A stretch of DNA of 64,000 nt from Sedimentisphaerales bacterium (GCA_963666285.1 OY762711.1), one strand, 5' to 3'. Shown: positions 41,337-51,117, counted from the first letter of the stretch. The notes: a model not told the origin generated them from the sequence alone. A program made the numbers and translations.

Positions 41337-41394
41337 TTAGGACTATCCAATTTTTTAAGCTTATTTCAATTTACCTTCTGCTTGAAACTCAATA

Positions 41395-41835
41395 TCAGGC
41401 CACTATATTGTCGTATTCCTGCTTAAATTTCTCAATCAAATCAGTCGATTCAGATTGTATCATTTCTGTAAAGCACACCAACCGGTCAACTAACTCATCT
41501 CCAACATTATGTTCTACACGGCATGCCGCCTTATCTGCAATATCCTGACCAATTCCTAAAATATCTGTAAAAAAATTCTTAAGCACTTGATGTTTATGCG
41601 CTATAGAACTGGCACGCTTCATTCCTTCTTCAGTCAAGGTAATCAACTGGTATGGAGCATAGTTAATATATCCGGCCTTCTGCAGATTCTGTAATGCCCC
41701 GGTTACCGTTCCAGCTTTTACATTGAGACTCTCGGCAATATCTTTTGCCTGAGCAGCTCCTCTTCGGGTTACGGCAAAAAATATCGCCTCAAGGTAATCT
41801 TCCATACTCGCTGATATACTATGTTTTTTCTTCAT
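41395..41835 (-). CDS. DtxR/MntR-family metal-dependent repressor
   Basis: SMEDYLEAI, LTEEG, KHQVLKNFF, ACRVEH. Confidence 0.92.
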   Translation of the reverse strand: MKKKHSISASMEDYLEAIFFAVTRRGAAQAKDIAESLNVKAGTVTGALQNLQKAGYINYAPYQLITLTEEGMKRASSIAHKHQVLKNFFTDILGIGQDIADKAACRVEHNVGDELVDRLVCFTEMIQSESTDLIEKFKQEYDNIVA

Positions 41836-41890
41836 TTGTAACTCTTTTTAAGCTAGATTTAACGCCCCATATAAGGCACAGCTAATAATG

Positions 41891-41904
41891 TAAGGCTAGT
41901 CTAA
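41891..41904. promoter_or_regulatory. Candidate DtxR-family operator
   Basis: TAAGGCTAGTCTAA, an imperfect TTAGG-N4-CCTAA palindrome upstream of the regulator; related TTAGGACTATCCAA at 41337-41350 abuts the hemP start. Confidence 0.5.
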
Positions 41905-42172
41905 CTTTTTTTCAAGAGAAAAAAACAAAATTTCATAAAAACTCTATTATTTTATCTATACAGAACTAAATCTTTCTCTCCCCCCCCCCCCCATTTCTGA
42001 CGCTCAAATAGCGCACTTCTGATCTGACTTTTTTATAGGGTGTTAATATGGGTAGAGTCACACTACTTTGTATAGTTCTTGTCTAATTGTTAAGACAGGA
42101 GGAGTCCAGTGCCTATAAGTTGTTTAATCCACTACGGTTATGGGAGGTAAAATCGCCATTTTCAACCATACT

Positions 42173-42343
42173 AGCATGAGGTCACTGTTATAAATCATGC
42201 ATGAGCCCATTTGATACAAAGCTCTGTAATTATAATAGTTACAGAGTTTTTTCTTTTTTAATACCCCCCTGTTTTTTATTGGTTTATGTGTCTCTGTGCG
42301 TATATAGCGTATTTTTGATCTGACTTTTGAGTGGGGAATAAAT
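42173..42343 (+). repeat. Degenerate tRNA-Val att + arm repeat, copy 2
   Basis: GCCCATTTGATACAAAGCTCTGTAAT...TTTTGATCTGACTTTTGAGTGGGG aligns with 27040-27201; a partial arm copy also lies at 42008-42033. Confidence 0.88.
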
Positions 42344-42580
42344 GACGAGTTTCTGTTCTTAATATTTGTCGCGGACTAATATTTGCAACTCCATCTTAAA
42401 ATGTTAATATTTTTGTCTAGACAATGGGGAGGGGTACATATTATAGCTTCTATTTAACACGCATATTAGGCTTATAAATGCGCCAAAAAAGTGGATAAAA
42501 TCATATAATATCTTGACATACCACTTAAGTTTGACGATATTTATAATAATATGTAAATTATATTGATTCAGGGAAATACA

Positions 42581-43888
42581 ATGACAACAGAAATAGCTAT
42601 AATGAACAAATCTGCTGTAGCATTAGCAGCGGATAGTGCCGTAACAATTAGCACACGATCACCTCACCGTAATGGACAAAAGATACTAAATAGTGCTAAT
42701 AAATTATTTTCTCTATCAAAATACGCCCCAATAGGATTAATGATATATGGAAATGCTAGCATGCTTGGTATTCCATGGGAAACTATTGTAAAAATGTACC
42801 GTAAAAAATTGGGGCAAAAACAGTTTAATTATTGCATTGATTACTGCAACGATTTTTTTAGTTTTCTTGACAAGTTTGACGTTTCTGAAGAACTTCAAGA
42901 GCAATATGTTGCCATGGGAGCCTTTGGTTTATTCCAACAAATAAAAGATGAACTAGACAAGTGGGCAGAAACTCAAATATCACAAAACAAACATGTTACT
43001 CCAAATATTGTTAAAGCCAAACTTAAGGATCTGATATCTGAAAAATACAAAGAGTTTCTTGAATATGGAAAACAATCAGTTTTTTCTAGCTCGAAGAGAT
43101 CTGGACTTAGGAAGAAATATAATGCTATAATAAAAGAGATAGCCAAAAAGGTGTTTGAAAAACACCCTCTTACAGAATTGCAACATTCAAACCTTTTGAC
43201 GATTGCGATTAATGCTGCATCTATTGGACCAATGGATCAATCAGGAGTTGTGATAGCTGGATTTGGTACAAAAGAATTATTTCCTAGTTGTTACAGTTTT
43301 GATGTTGCTGCAGTATTTGCTGGCAAAACTGTCAAAAGAGATGGAAGAAAGCAAAATATAACAAATGACAACAGCGCTGTCATCATACCTTTTGCACAAT
43401 CAGACGATGTCAAAACATTCATGGAAGGAATAGGACCAATGCTTGAGTTATTCCTAAAAAATGTTTTTTATAAAATTATGACCCAAACATTACCTGACCG
43501 ACTTCGTAATGATATTGGCGACAAGCTTGAACTAAATGAAAAAGAGAAAAATGAATTCCGAAAAATCACAAGCCAAATGTGCAAAGGAGCTTGTGACGAA
43601 GCTTTTATGGAATTAAGAAAGCAACAACAAAGATACTATATAGACCCTGTTGTACAAGCAACTGGTTTTTTAAATGTATCTGAATTGGTTGCGATGGCAG
43701 AAACCCTCGTAAACCTTGTCTCTTTTAGAAAACAAGTATCGATGGAATCAGAAACCGTAGGTGGCCCTATTGATGTAGCAACTATAACAAAAGGAGACGG
43801 CCTTGTATGGATTAAAAGGAAACATTATTTTCCACCAGAATTAAATCACCACTTTTTTGGAAGATATTTTGAAGAGGTAAAATTATGA
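42581..43888 (+). CDS. Hypothetical protein, proteasome-beta/Ntn-hydrolase-like
   Basis: N-terminus (M)TTEIAIMNKSAVALAADSAVT, ANKLF, C-terminal ETVGGPIDVATITKGDG. Confidence 0.55.
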   Translation: MTTEIAIMNKSAVALAADSAVTISTRSPHRNGQKILNSANKLFSLSKYAPIGLMIYGNASMLGIPWETIVKMYRKKLGQKQFNYCIDYCNDFFSFLDKFDVSEELQEQYVAMGAFGLFQQIKDELDKWAETQISQNKHVTPNIVKAKLKDLISEKYKEFLEYGKQSVFSSSKRSGLRKKYNAIIKEIAKKVFEKHPLTELQHSNLLTIAINAASIGPMDQSGVVIAGFGTKELFPSCYSFDVAAVFAGKTVKRDGRKQNITNDNSAVIIPFAQSDDVKTFMEGIGPMLELFLKNVFYKIMTQTLPDRLRNDIGDKLELNEKEKNEFRKITSQMCKGACDEAFMELRKQQQRYYIDPVVQATGFLNVSELVAMAETLVNLVSFRKQVSMESETVGGPIDVATITKGDGLVWIKRKHYFPPELNHHFFGRYFEEVKL

Positions 43889-44064
43889 AGAAAAAAAAGC
43901 AAATAACATTTAAAACTATGGAAGAATTTAACACTTATTACGCTTCTCAAGAACCTAAGGAAAAACAACCTAAAAACAATACTTACTACCAAATTGGTAA
44001 AAACATAGCAAAGATGGCTTGCGAGCAAGCTATAAAAGATATTTCAACTAGTCATCAATATTAA
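43885..44064 (+). CDS. Small 59-aa protein translationally coupled to the upstream gene
   Basis: ATGA overlap, GAGGT RBS, MKKKKQITFKTMEEFNTYY...; terminator follows. Confidence 0.6.
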   Translation: MKKKKQITFKTMEEFNTYYASQEPKEKQPKNNTYYQIGKNIAKMACEQAIKDISTSHQY

Positions 44065-44098
44065 CAAATATTGTTTAAAATAATGTTAATATCAACCA

Positions 44099-44130
44099 TA
44101 AAGTTACATCTCTTTGATGTAACTTTTTTT
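44099..44130 (+). terminator. Intrinsic terminator
   Basis: AAAGTTACATC-TCTTT-GATGTAACTTTTTTTT. Confidence 0.75.
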
Positions 44131-44220
44131 ATCGTCTTTTACAATGCAACCTTAGAAACCTAATCCTGAATACCGAGACCAAGTCTTAATTATAACAATA
44201 TATTCTAAAATATTATCATT

Positions 44221-44324
44221 TCATCATCCTGTCGAGAGCTATGACCGCCTGTTTTTTATTCTGGTTAAGTATCCTGGATATAGAATTCCATGGTTGTCAC
44301 TATCGAGGAATGACCCATGAGTTC
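44221..44324 (-). repeat. Integrase 3'-tail repeat, copy 3
   Basis: Near-identical to about 30320-30422 (ELMGHSSIVTTMEFY...). Confidence 0.88.
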
Positions 44325-44364
44325 ATTACTGCCCCCAAGATCGTGATACTTCCCTGTATGTGTT

Positions 44365-46146
44365 TTACTTATTGAAACCCTTGTGGTTCATAAATTCCCA
44401 AATGCGATCCATCCAGGTATAGCTGCCCGTACCAGGAGCGGCCGTCCTCTGAAAGCAGTGATTGCGTCCGACGAGCGTGTGGAGATCGGACTGAATTCCC
44501 ATCCGACGAAGCTGCTCCCAGCATTTCACTGAATTCATCGCCGCCCAACCATCATTATCACCGTGGATAAACAGGATCGGACACGTCGCGACATCGAACG
44601 AGAACTCAGGGACGAGCCGCGCATCGTCTTCGTTGCCGCCGTTTGCGTTCGGGGATTGCTCGCCGTCTGTGAGCGCATACGCCGGGTAAATCGCGACCGC
44701 CCACTGCACGTTACAGGAAAGCTTGTCAAGGTCGTCGATCGGCCAATAAGAACGGTGTTTCGAGCTGGTCGCACCCATAAGTGTCAGATGTCCACCGGCC
44801 GAGGAGCCCATTATGCCGATGCGGTCGGGGTCAAGCCCCTTGGCTGCTGCCTGGCTGCGGACGATTCGTACGGCTCGCTGCAGATCCTGCCACGCCGTTG
44901 TGTGCTTGGCCAGCCCACCCTGCGGACGCGGCGTGCGGTATTTCATCGTCACAACCGTCATACCCTTTTCGTTCAGGTAACGCCGCGCCGGTGCAACTTC
45001 AAATCCGTCCGGACCATTATCCATATAGCTGCCGCCCGAATAGATAATCTGGATTGCATTGGCCTTGAGTTCCTTCGGCATATGCCACTCGATATATGGC
45101 ACGCACTGATTCGTCTGCATATCCGGCATCTTGCCTTCCGGCCAGACCGCCTCCTTGTAGTATTCGCCGCGTGCATCGTTGTTCGGATAGCGAGCCATCA
45201 GATCGACTTCATTACCAAGACGCCCGTCAAAATTCATCTGACGGACAAACTCGGCGACACGGTCGAGCCAGTGGTCATAGGCGGTGCCGTCCTCGCCCTT
45301 GTCCGGGTTGCCCATGAACCCGTGGGGACGATCCGCAAAGAGATGAATCTCGGCCGGGATTTTCATCCTGCGGAGCTGGCGGTAGATCTGCGTGGAGCCG
45401 TTCGGCGAATATATGTCGATCCCGCCATGGAAGAGCGACATCGGACACGTCTTCTCGTCGAACTTGAACACGTCCGAGAGCTTTACATCGATCGCATCAC
45501 CCTCACGCGTGTTGGGGCCGGTAAGCCCGTCCGTAAGCGCGTAGGCGGTATATATCGGCACAGCCCAGTTTACGTGACACGGAAGCTGATCAAGTTCGTC
45601 GATCGGTCCATACGCCGGTGTAAGTGAACTTGTCGCCAGCAGAACCGTCAGGTGCGAACCGGCAGAGAACCCGAGCACGCCGATCTTTTCCGGGTCGAAT
45701 CCACGTTTCATCGCATCGTTGCGGACTAGCCGAACGGCGCGTTGCCCATCCTCCCACGCACTCTGGTAGATCGGCAGCCCTTGCGGACGCGGCGTACGAT
45801 AGGTAAGACTCACGCAAACGAAACCGAGTTCGGTAAACTTCTTTGCGACCCGGTCAATCCACTCCCCGTCGCAACAACACTGATAAGCGCCGCCAGAAAT
45901 AAACAACATGCATCCGCCGTTTTTCTCCGCAGGCGATTCATACCAGTCGAGATACGGCATCGTATAGTCTGCCGCCTTGAATCCTGGAGCATTCACTTCC
46001 TGGGTGGTAGCTGCTATCTGACCGGTCTGAAAATCCGGAATCTGTCCTTCCGGCCACAACGCGACCCGCTCCCCGGCAAACGCCTGAACGACAACCAGTA
46101 ACAAATAACAAAGAAACGCTGATAGATGTTTTGCTTTTATTTTCAT
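44365..46146 (-). CDS. Secreted tandem alpha/beta-hydrolase (carbohydrate esterase-like, two domains)
   Basis: Signal peptide; GFSAGSH and GSSAGGH nucleophile elbows; internal duplication; visibly GC-rich. Confidence 0.85.
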   Translation of the reverse strand: MKIKAKHLSAFLCYLLLVVVQAFAGERVALWPEGQIPDFQTGQIAATTQEVNAPGFKAADYTMPYLDWYESPAEKNGGCMLFISGGAYQCCCDGEWIDRVAKKFTELGFVCVSLTYRTPRPQGLPIYQSAWEDGQRAVRLVRNDAMKRGFDPEKIGVLGFSAGSHLTVLLATSSLTPAYGPIDELDQLPCHVNWAVPIYTAYALTDGLTGPNTREGDAIDVKLSDVFKFDEKTCPMSLFHGGIDIYSPNGSTQIYRQLRRMKIPAEIHLFADRPHGFMGNPDKGEDGTAYDHWLDRVAEFVRQMNFDGRLGNEVDLMARYPNNDARGEYYKEAVWPEGKMPDMQTNQCVPYIEWHMPKELKANAIQIIYSGGSYMDNGPDGFEVAPARRYLNEKGMTVVTMKYRTPRPQGGLAKHTTAWQDLQRAVRIVRSQAAAKGLDPDRIGIMGSSAGGHLTLMGATSSKHRSYWPIDDLDKLSCNVQWAVAIYPAYALTDGEQSPNANGGNEDDARLVPEFSFDVATCPILFIHGDNDGWAAMNSVKCWEQLRRMGIQSDLHTLVGRNHCFQRTAAPGTGSYTWMDRIWEFMNHKGFNK

Positions 46147-46342
46147 GATAAAATTATATCGCCAGCAGTTAACACTTCAAGGAAAAAATCAGTTCATGGG
46201 GCTAACTGTGGCGACAAGAGATCACTTTGATGCTGACCAGGATGGAGATATATACGAATGGATGCCGTACGACCTGGACGGCAGCGGCAAGGTAGATATT
46301 GCTGACTTTGCGATAATGGCAGAAAACTGGCTAAAAGAGTAA
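46145..46342 (+). pseudogene. Orphan dockerin-like C-terminal fragment
   Basis: DLDGSGKVDIADFAIMAENWL with no upstream body or signal peptide. Confidence 0.55.
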
Positions 46343-46412
46343 AGCGGGTTTGCATTTTAAAATGCCGTTTATAATCACAAAATATATCTGTTTAGTCAAC
46401 TGACAAATGCAT

Positions 46413-46518
46413 ACTCCCTCATCATCCTGCTCCTTTGTGAGTGGAGATTGAGTTTTTATGAGTCACAATTCCTGCCATTTTACAGTATCGCTTGAAAAGA
46501 TCTAAGGCAGAACCCATT
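46413..46518 (-). repeat. Integrase 3'-tail repeat, copy 4 (internally deleted)
   Basis: ACTCCCTCATCATCCTG joined to GGAGATTGAGTTTTTATG...AGATCTAAGGCAGAACCCATT. Confidence 0.82.
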
Positions 46519-46680
46519 GGCAACAATTTTCAGCATTTGGTCAGGATCGGTACCTGCTTTAACCGGCTTGCCATGCAAAGCCAGGATTATCATCCACCAT
46601 ATATTGGCAGCAAAATGTCCAGAGCAGGCCTGCCTGACATTCGCATCAGATCTAATAATAGCGGCAAACACATTATACTC

Positions 46681-47226
46681 CTATTCTGGAAATTGTATAT
46701 ACTCCACTGGCACACTTTCTGTCAGCCAGACATTATTAGTTGAAATATAGAAGGCAAAGTCATCTTTTTGCATTGTTCCAGCAAGAATTTCTAGCAGAAC
46801 CGGTTTACCGTACCTCTGTCCAACGGCAAGAGCGGTATCTTTATCATGTGACAAATGCACATGGTGACGGTTACCTTTTACTAAGCCTTTGGCACGTATC
46901 AAATCAAGATTTTTCAAAGCCGTACCATGATAAAGAATCTCAGGCGGTTCTGCCGGACTATAACCCAGGTCGACCTTAACAGAATGGCCCTGACTGGCAC
47001 GAATCATAGATTTATCATCATTAAACTCGAACCGCTTTTTATCATTACTGCCGACAATATGACATAGCCTGTCAAACCAAATAGAATAACCGTTTTTGTC
47101 TATTTTAGACAGCAGCTCATCAACCGGTACCCAACCGGCATCATCAAGAACAACACCGGCATCATCCGGCTTATGCCTGAGAATGTAACTCAGATATTTA
47201 CTTATCTGTTTATCATCTTTACTCAT
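46681..47226 (-). CDS. kptA: RNA 2'-phosphotransferase Tpt1/KptA
   Basis: SKYLSYILRH, KKRF, IRASQGHS, YHGT, HVHLS. Confidence 0.95.
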   Translation of the reverse strand: MSKDDKQISKYLSYILRHKPDDAGVVLDDAGWVPVDELLSKIDKNGYSIWFDRLCHIVGSNDKKRFEFNDDKSMIRASQGHSVKVDLGYSPAEPPEILYHGTALKNLDLIRAKGLVKGNRHHVHLSHDKDTALAVGQRYGKPVLLEILAGTMQKDDFAFYISTNNVWLTESVPVEYIQFPE

Positions 47227-47241
47227 TTTTATATCCCATTC

Positions 47242-47760
47242 TTATCCTATAATACTGTAAAGCATACAATACAGTTTGATATCAACAGCACATCCCTGCT
47301 GCTGCTTCTCTTTTAACCAGTCGAATACATCACCAACCGGTACTTCATGAATCCGGATATTCTCCGATTCGTCACCGCCGCCGGGTGATACTTTTGTCAG
47401 GCCGGTTGCCTTGAATACAGTTACAAGTTCATCGCTTAAGCCGGGAGATATTACACCTTCAAACAAGAATGTCATCTTTTGAGCTTCGTAGCCGGTTTCT
47501 TCAAGCAGTTCACGACGGGCGGCCAGTTCATATGCTTCATGCTCCTGGCCGGGAATATCGCCGGCAAGACCGGCAGGAAATTCGATAACATCCTTGCCAA
47601 CAGGAGGACGGTACTGCTGGATCAATACAAGCTTGCCATCATCAGTAACTGGAATTATCCCGACAATGCCGGAAAGATTTTTCCTGGTAACGTATTCCCA
47701 GTTGCCAAGCTTCACAAGATCCATGAAATGGCCTGAATAGACTTTTTCCGGTTTATTCAT
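47242..47760 (-). CDS. Nudix hydrolase, ADP-ribose pyrophosphatase-like
   Basis: QYRPPV...EFPAGL, AARRELLEETGY, SPG, DESENI. Confidence 0.88.
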   Translation of the reverse strand: MNKPEKVYSGHFMDLVKLGNWEYVTRKNLSGIVGIIPVTDDGKLVLIQQYRPPVGKDVIEFPAGLAGDIPGQEHEAYELAARRELLEETGYEAQKMTFLFEGVISPGLSDELVTVFKATGLTKVSPGGGDESENIRIHEVPVGDVFDWLKEKQQQGCAVDIKLYCMLYSIIG

Positions 47761-47784
47761 TTAATGATTCCTTTATATTATCAT

Positions 47785-49017
47785 TTAATTATGTAAATGC
47801 AATTGCGGGCTCTTATCATCAGCGATCCTGATCAGCTTGTCAGGATTTTGATATTGAGCCACGAGATACCGAGTCAAATCAACCTGCATGCCTTCAATTG
47901 CCTTGAGATAGTTGACCTTTTCGTTATTTGTCGCCTGCAGGTGCTTAACTTCTTCGGCATTAGCTGCCTGCAGATACCGCAACTCTAATTCATTACTATT
48001 CTGCTTAGCGGCCAGTTCACATTTCTGCTCGGCTTCCAGCTTTCTCAAGGTCTCTTCATGGGCAAGCTTTTCCAGTTTGAGCTTATGCTGCTGACTTTTC
48101 TGCTCCATTTCCTGTTTTTGAAGATCTCGCTGGGCCTCCCGCTGCAGCTTCAGGTCTGCCAGTTCCTGTGCCTGGGATTCGGTTTCGGCTTCAAGTTTCA
48201 GCCTAGTCCTGGTTTCGATAGCGTTATTATGCATTTCCTGAAGCTTGTCATTTGCCTTGTAGCCGCGATATACCACCTTGTTGATCTTATAACCGATCCG
48301 CTGGGCACGATAGTTAAGATTTTCGAAGGTTTCCAGCTTATTCAGCTGTTCAATATGCTGCTTGAACCCTTCAAAACTCAGGCCACTGACAAAATCAATT
48401 ACATCAGCTGAGACAGCATTAATGAAATCTGCAATTGGATCGTGGGTCTGGTCCAGCATCTTTTCGACTTCAACCAGTTCGAAAAAGATCATCAGCTTAA
48501 CCTCTACCAGGGCATCGTCACTGGTTCGCACCCTGCTGACATCGTAATACATCTGGTCGGGTATGGTACGCAGCCTGGAAAAGTTTAATGCTCGTGGTAT
48601 CTTGCGATACGGATCTTTGGGATCAGCTCCATGCCAGCTGAATTTATGCAGCCATTCATTTTCGCAAGGCACATATACAGCAGGCCCGCTCAACACCCGC
48701 CTTGCAACAGTTTCATCGGTTCTTTTATAAACAACCACGGCTTCATGTGAGTTGATCGCCAGAGCCTGCTTGACGTCTATTTGCTTATGGTGAACCGGAT
48801 CGTACCAGACCGCAGCCGGTCCCGCTATATTTTCACAGTGACCATCCTGATATTCAACTGCCAGATACTGCTCAGAACCGGCACTGAAATGAACCATATC
48901 CTGAATGGTACGATCATAGATAAACATCCGTCTCGGGCCGTCTACAAATTCAACTTTACCTTTTCTATCCCACACAGCAATCCGCTGTCCATCTTTAACT
49001 GTAACAAAACCAAACAT
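47785..49017 (-). CDS. Short major-vault-protein-like / SPFH-domain protein
   Basis: Three GP-ending beta repeats, an SPFH/shoulder-like domain and a long C-terminal coiled coil. Confidence 0.7.
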   Translation of the reverse strand: MFGFVTVKDGQRIAVWDRKGKVEFVDGPRRMFIYDRTIQDMVHFSAGSEQYLAVEYQDGHCENIAGPAAVWYDPVHHKQIDVKQALAINSHEAVVVYKRTDETVARRVLSGPAVYVPCENEWLHKFSWHGADPKDPYRKIPRALNFSRLRTIPDQMYYDVSRVRTSDDALVEVKLMIFFELVEVEKMLDQTHDPIADFINAVSADVIDFVSGLSFEGFKQHIEQLNKLETFENLNYRAQRIGYKINKVVYRGYKANDKLQEMHNNAIETRTRLKLEAETESQAQELADLKLQREAQRDLQKQEMEQKSQQHKLKLEKLAHEETLRKLEAEQKCELAAKQNSNELELRYLQAANAEEVKHLQATNNEKVNYLKAIEGMQVDLTRYLVAQYQNPDKLIRIADDKSPQLHLHN

Positions 49018-49031
49018 AACTTACCTCAATT

Positions 49032-49982
49032 CTATTGTTGATAAATACGTTCATAAAGCTGATTAGCCAGCGTATCAATATAACCAATTCCTTTTGGCCC
49101 ATTTTCACACATATCAATAAGATGTTGCGGGATAGCTTGTATCCCTAAATGAGTTCCGCATATAGCACCTGCCATAGCAGCAACCGTATCAGTATCATCA
49201 CCTAAGGATATTGCACGGCCAATTACATTCCCATAACTGTCCGGCTCAATAGAAAAGCAGGCAATAGCGGTAACAACTGAACGGTGAGCTTCCAAAGAAC
49301 TTCCCAATGATGACAGCAGTGTATTTCCAAGTTCAAGATTTTCGGCAACAGACAAAAGCCAGTGATATTCTTCTTCTGAAACATAAGTTTTCAGGTCATC
49401 ATAAAATGCTTGTCTATTAAAAACAGGTTCACGGACCATATGGGCAATTGCTGCGGCAATAAGAACAGCACCTTCAATACCTAAAGGGTGAACATGAGTT
49501 GGAGCAGCTGACAAATATACTTGTTCTTTAAGTTTTTCTTTATCATTGCTAAACATAAGCCCCAGCGGAGCTACTCGCATGGCAGCTCCATTACCATAAG
49601 AACCACCAGGAAAAAGGGTATTGGTAAGAGTTTGCCAATCGCCGCCAGTAGCCATAGCGTCAAGGATCTTTCTGCAACCTGCACCATAACCTCGATTTTC
49701 TTCGTAGTTACTCACAAAGTTATTGCATAAAGTTTCGGTTACGATCTCACCATGTTCAATCAATGTCTCAGCAACACTTATCATCATTTGAGTATCATCA
49801 GTATAGAACAACTCTTCGACCGGTGGTTTGGCTACAATATCTTTACCAAGCCCGAAAGAGTCATATATTATACCAGATGAAAGCCCCTCAAAAGGAGCTC
49901 CAATGGAATCACCTACCGCAAGGCCAAGAAGACAGCCGCGAAATCTTTCAAGTTTTGTTGGAGTGTTCATAGTTCTGTCCAA
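49032..49982 (-). CDS. ADP-ribosylglycohydrolase (ARH/DraG family)
   Basis: GLAVGDSIG, YTDDTQM, GNGAAMR, GDDTDT. Confidence 0.93.
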   Translation of the reverse strand: MDRTMNTPTKLERFRGCLLGLAVGDSIGAPFEGLSSGIIYDSFGLGKDIVAKPPVEELFYTDDTQMMISVAETLIEHGEIVTETLCNNFVSNYEENRGYGAGCRKILDAMATGGDWQTLTNTLFPGGSYGNGAAMRVAPLGLMFSNDKEKLKEQVYLSAAPTHVHPLGIEGAVLIAAAIAHMVREPVFNRQAFYDDLKTYVSEEEYHWLLSVAENLELGNTLLSSLGSSLEAHRSVVTAIACFSIEPDSYGNVIGRAISLGDDTDTVAAMAGAICGTHLGIQAIPQHLIDMCENGPKGIGYIDTLANQLYERIYQQ

Positions 49983-50020
49983 TTCGCTATTTATTAATAT
50001 ACAATGACAAAATTCATAGA

Positions 50021-51088
50021 TTAAATATTTATCGCTTTTCTTAAGCTCGTAGGCAACGCTCTTAATGCTATATGTCCAAATACTATAAGTGCCATAAAAA
50101 CATTCCTGGGTATTATGGCAGGCCAGAAGTATTTTACAGGTTTACGGCCTGAGCTCTCATCAGCAAGCTTTTCCGCCGCCTGACATAACACGTTAACAGT
50201 GCGCGGATATTCTAGAATATTAGCTATCCATTCTTTTGGTATGCCATCTTCACCAACGGTTGCCCCGGCAAGAGCTCCGGTAATAGCACCAACAGTATCT
50301 GTATCACCACCAAGATTTAATACAGCGGTAAGTGTTGCTCGATAATCTCCATAATGCCTCAGCCAGGCATAGATTGCAACCGGTACAGTATGGTATATAT
50401 AGCCCGTAACTCTGTCGCGAAGCTCTAACTCTTTTGCAAATCCCGAAACAGTCATGCCGCTATCGAATGAATTCCCCATATTCTCTACAATAGTTTGCCA
50501 TTCCGGATCGTTATCAATACTCCTCAGCAATTCAAATAGTTCTTTACTATTCGGCTTTCTGCTATCATTTGAGATGGCAACTGCCGCTGTGTAACTAATT
50601 GCCAGTGCACCTGTCATGGCACGTGGGTCAGTATGGGTCAGCTCGGTAGAAGCTTTGGTATATTGATATATTATATTTCTATCATTTTTGAAATATGCCC
50701 CTATAACGGCACATCGCATTGCCGGGCCGTTACCAGCAGTATATATACCTGACTTTGACAATGGTAAAAAGAACCATAGTTTCAGGATTGCACGCAACGT
50801 GCCAAGCCCGATACCTGCCGGGATACCCAGCAGCCAGAACCGAAGCTTCCAAGCCAGTGACTTTTTGAAACTCTCAACATTATCAGCATGAGCAATAAGT
50901 GCCTGAAAGACAAATAGTGTATGTTCGGTATCATCGCTAACCATACCTTTTCCAAAGAAGAATCTATGCTTCCACTCCTGCCAGCCAAGCCTGGCAATGA
51001 TCGTGGCACTGAGATTCTCAGCAGGCAGACCAATCGCATCACCAACGGCAGTGCCGAGGATGAGTCCGCGTAGTTTATTATTTGTCAT
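50021..51088 (-). CDS. ADP-ribosylglycohydrolase, second paralog
   Basis: GTAVGDAIG, SDDTEH, GNGPAMR, GGDTDT. Confidence 0.92.
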   Translation of the reverse strand: MTNNKLRGLILGTAVGDAIGLPAENLSATIIARLGWQEWKHRFFFGKGMVSDDTEHTLFVFQALIAHADNVESFKKSLAWKLRFWLLGIPAGIGLGTLRAILKLWFFLPLSKSGIYTAGNGPAMRCAVIGAYFKNDRNIIYQYTKASTELTHTDPRAMTGALAISYTAAVAISNDSRKPNSKELFELLRSIDNDPEWQTIVENMGNSFDSGMTVSGFAKELELRDRVTGYIYHTVPVAIYAWLRHYGDYRATLTAVLNLGGDTDTVGAITGALAGATVGEDGIPKEWIANILEYPRTVNVLCQAAEKLADESSGRKPVKYFWPAIIPRNVFMALIVFGHIALRALPTSLRKAINI

Positions 51089-51117
51089 GTTATTGCCCTT
51101 AGCATTTTCCATAAATA

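Noticed and set aside
41980..41992. C13 homopolymer as a phase-variation switch
   Set aside because: Intergenic and adjacent to a partial att-arm copy that normally contains a C run; no link to a promoter or reading frame can be shown.
44563..45627. 354-aa plus-strand ORF and other long shadow ORFs (e.g. 4-480, 13402-13932, 59745-60206)
   Set aside because: Antisense shadows of well-supported genes, with no motifs.
28042..46518. CRISPR array or classical integron attC interpretation of the dispersed repeats
   Set aside because: Spacing is kilobases and irregular, there are no cas genes, the repeats translate as an integrase C-terminus, and no attC-type palindromic organisation is visible.
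46519..46680. Possible vault-RNA/Y-RNA-like ncRNA downstream of kptA
   Set aside because: No convincing terminal stem or known motif seen by eye; could equally be a truncated gene. Needs Infernal or RNA-seq.
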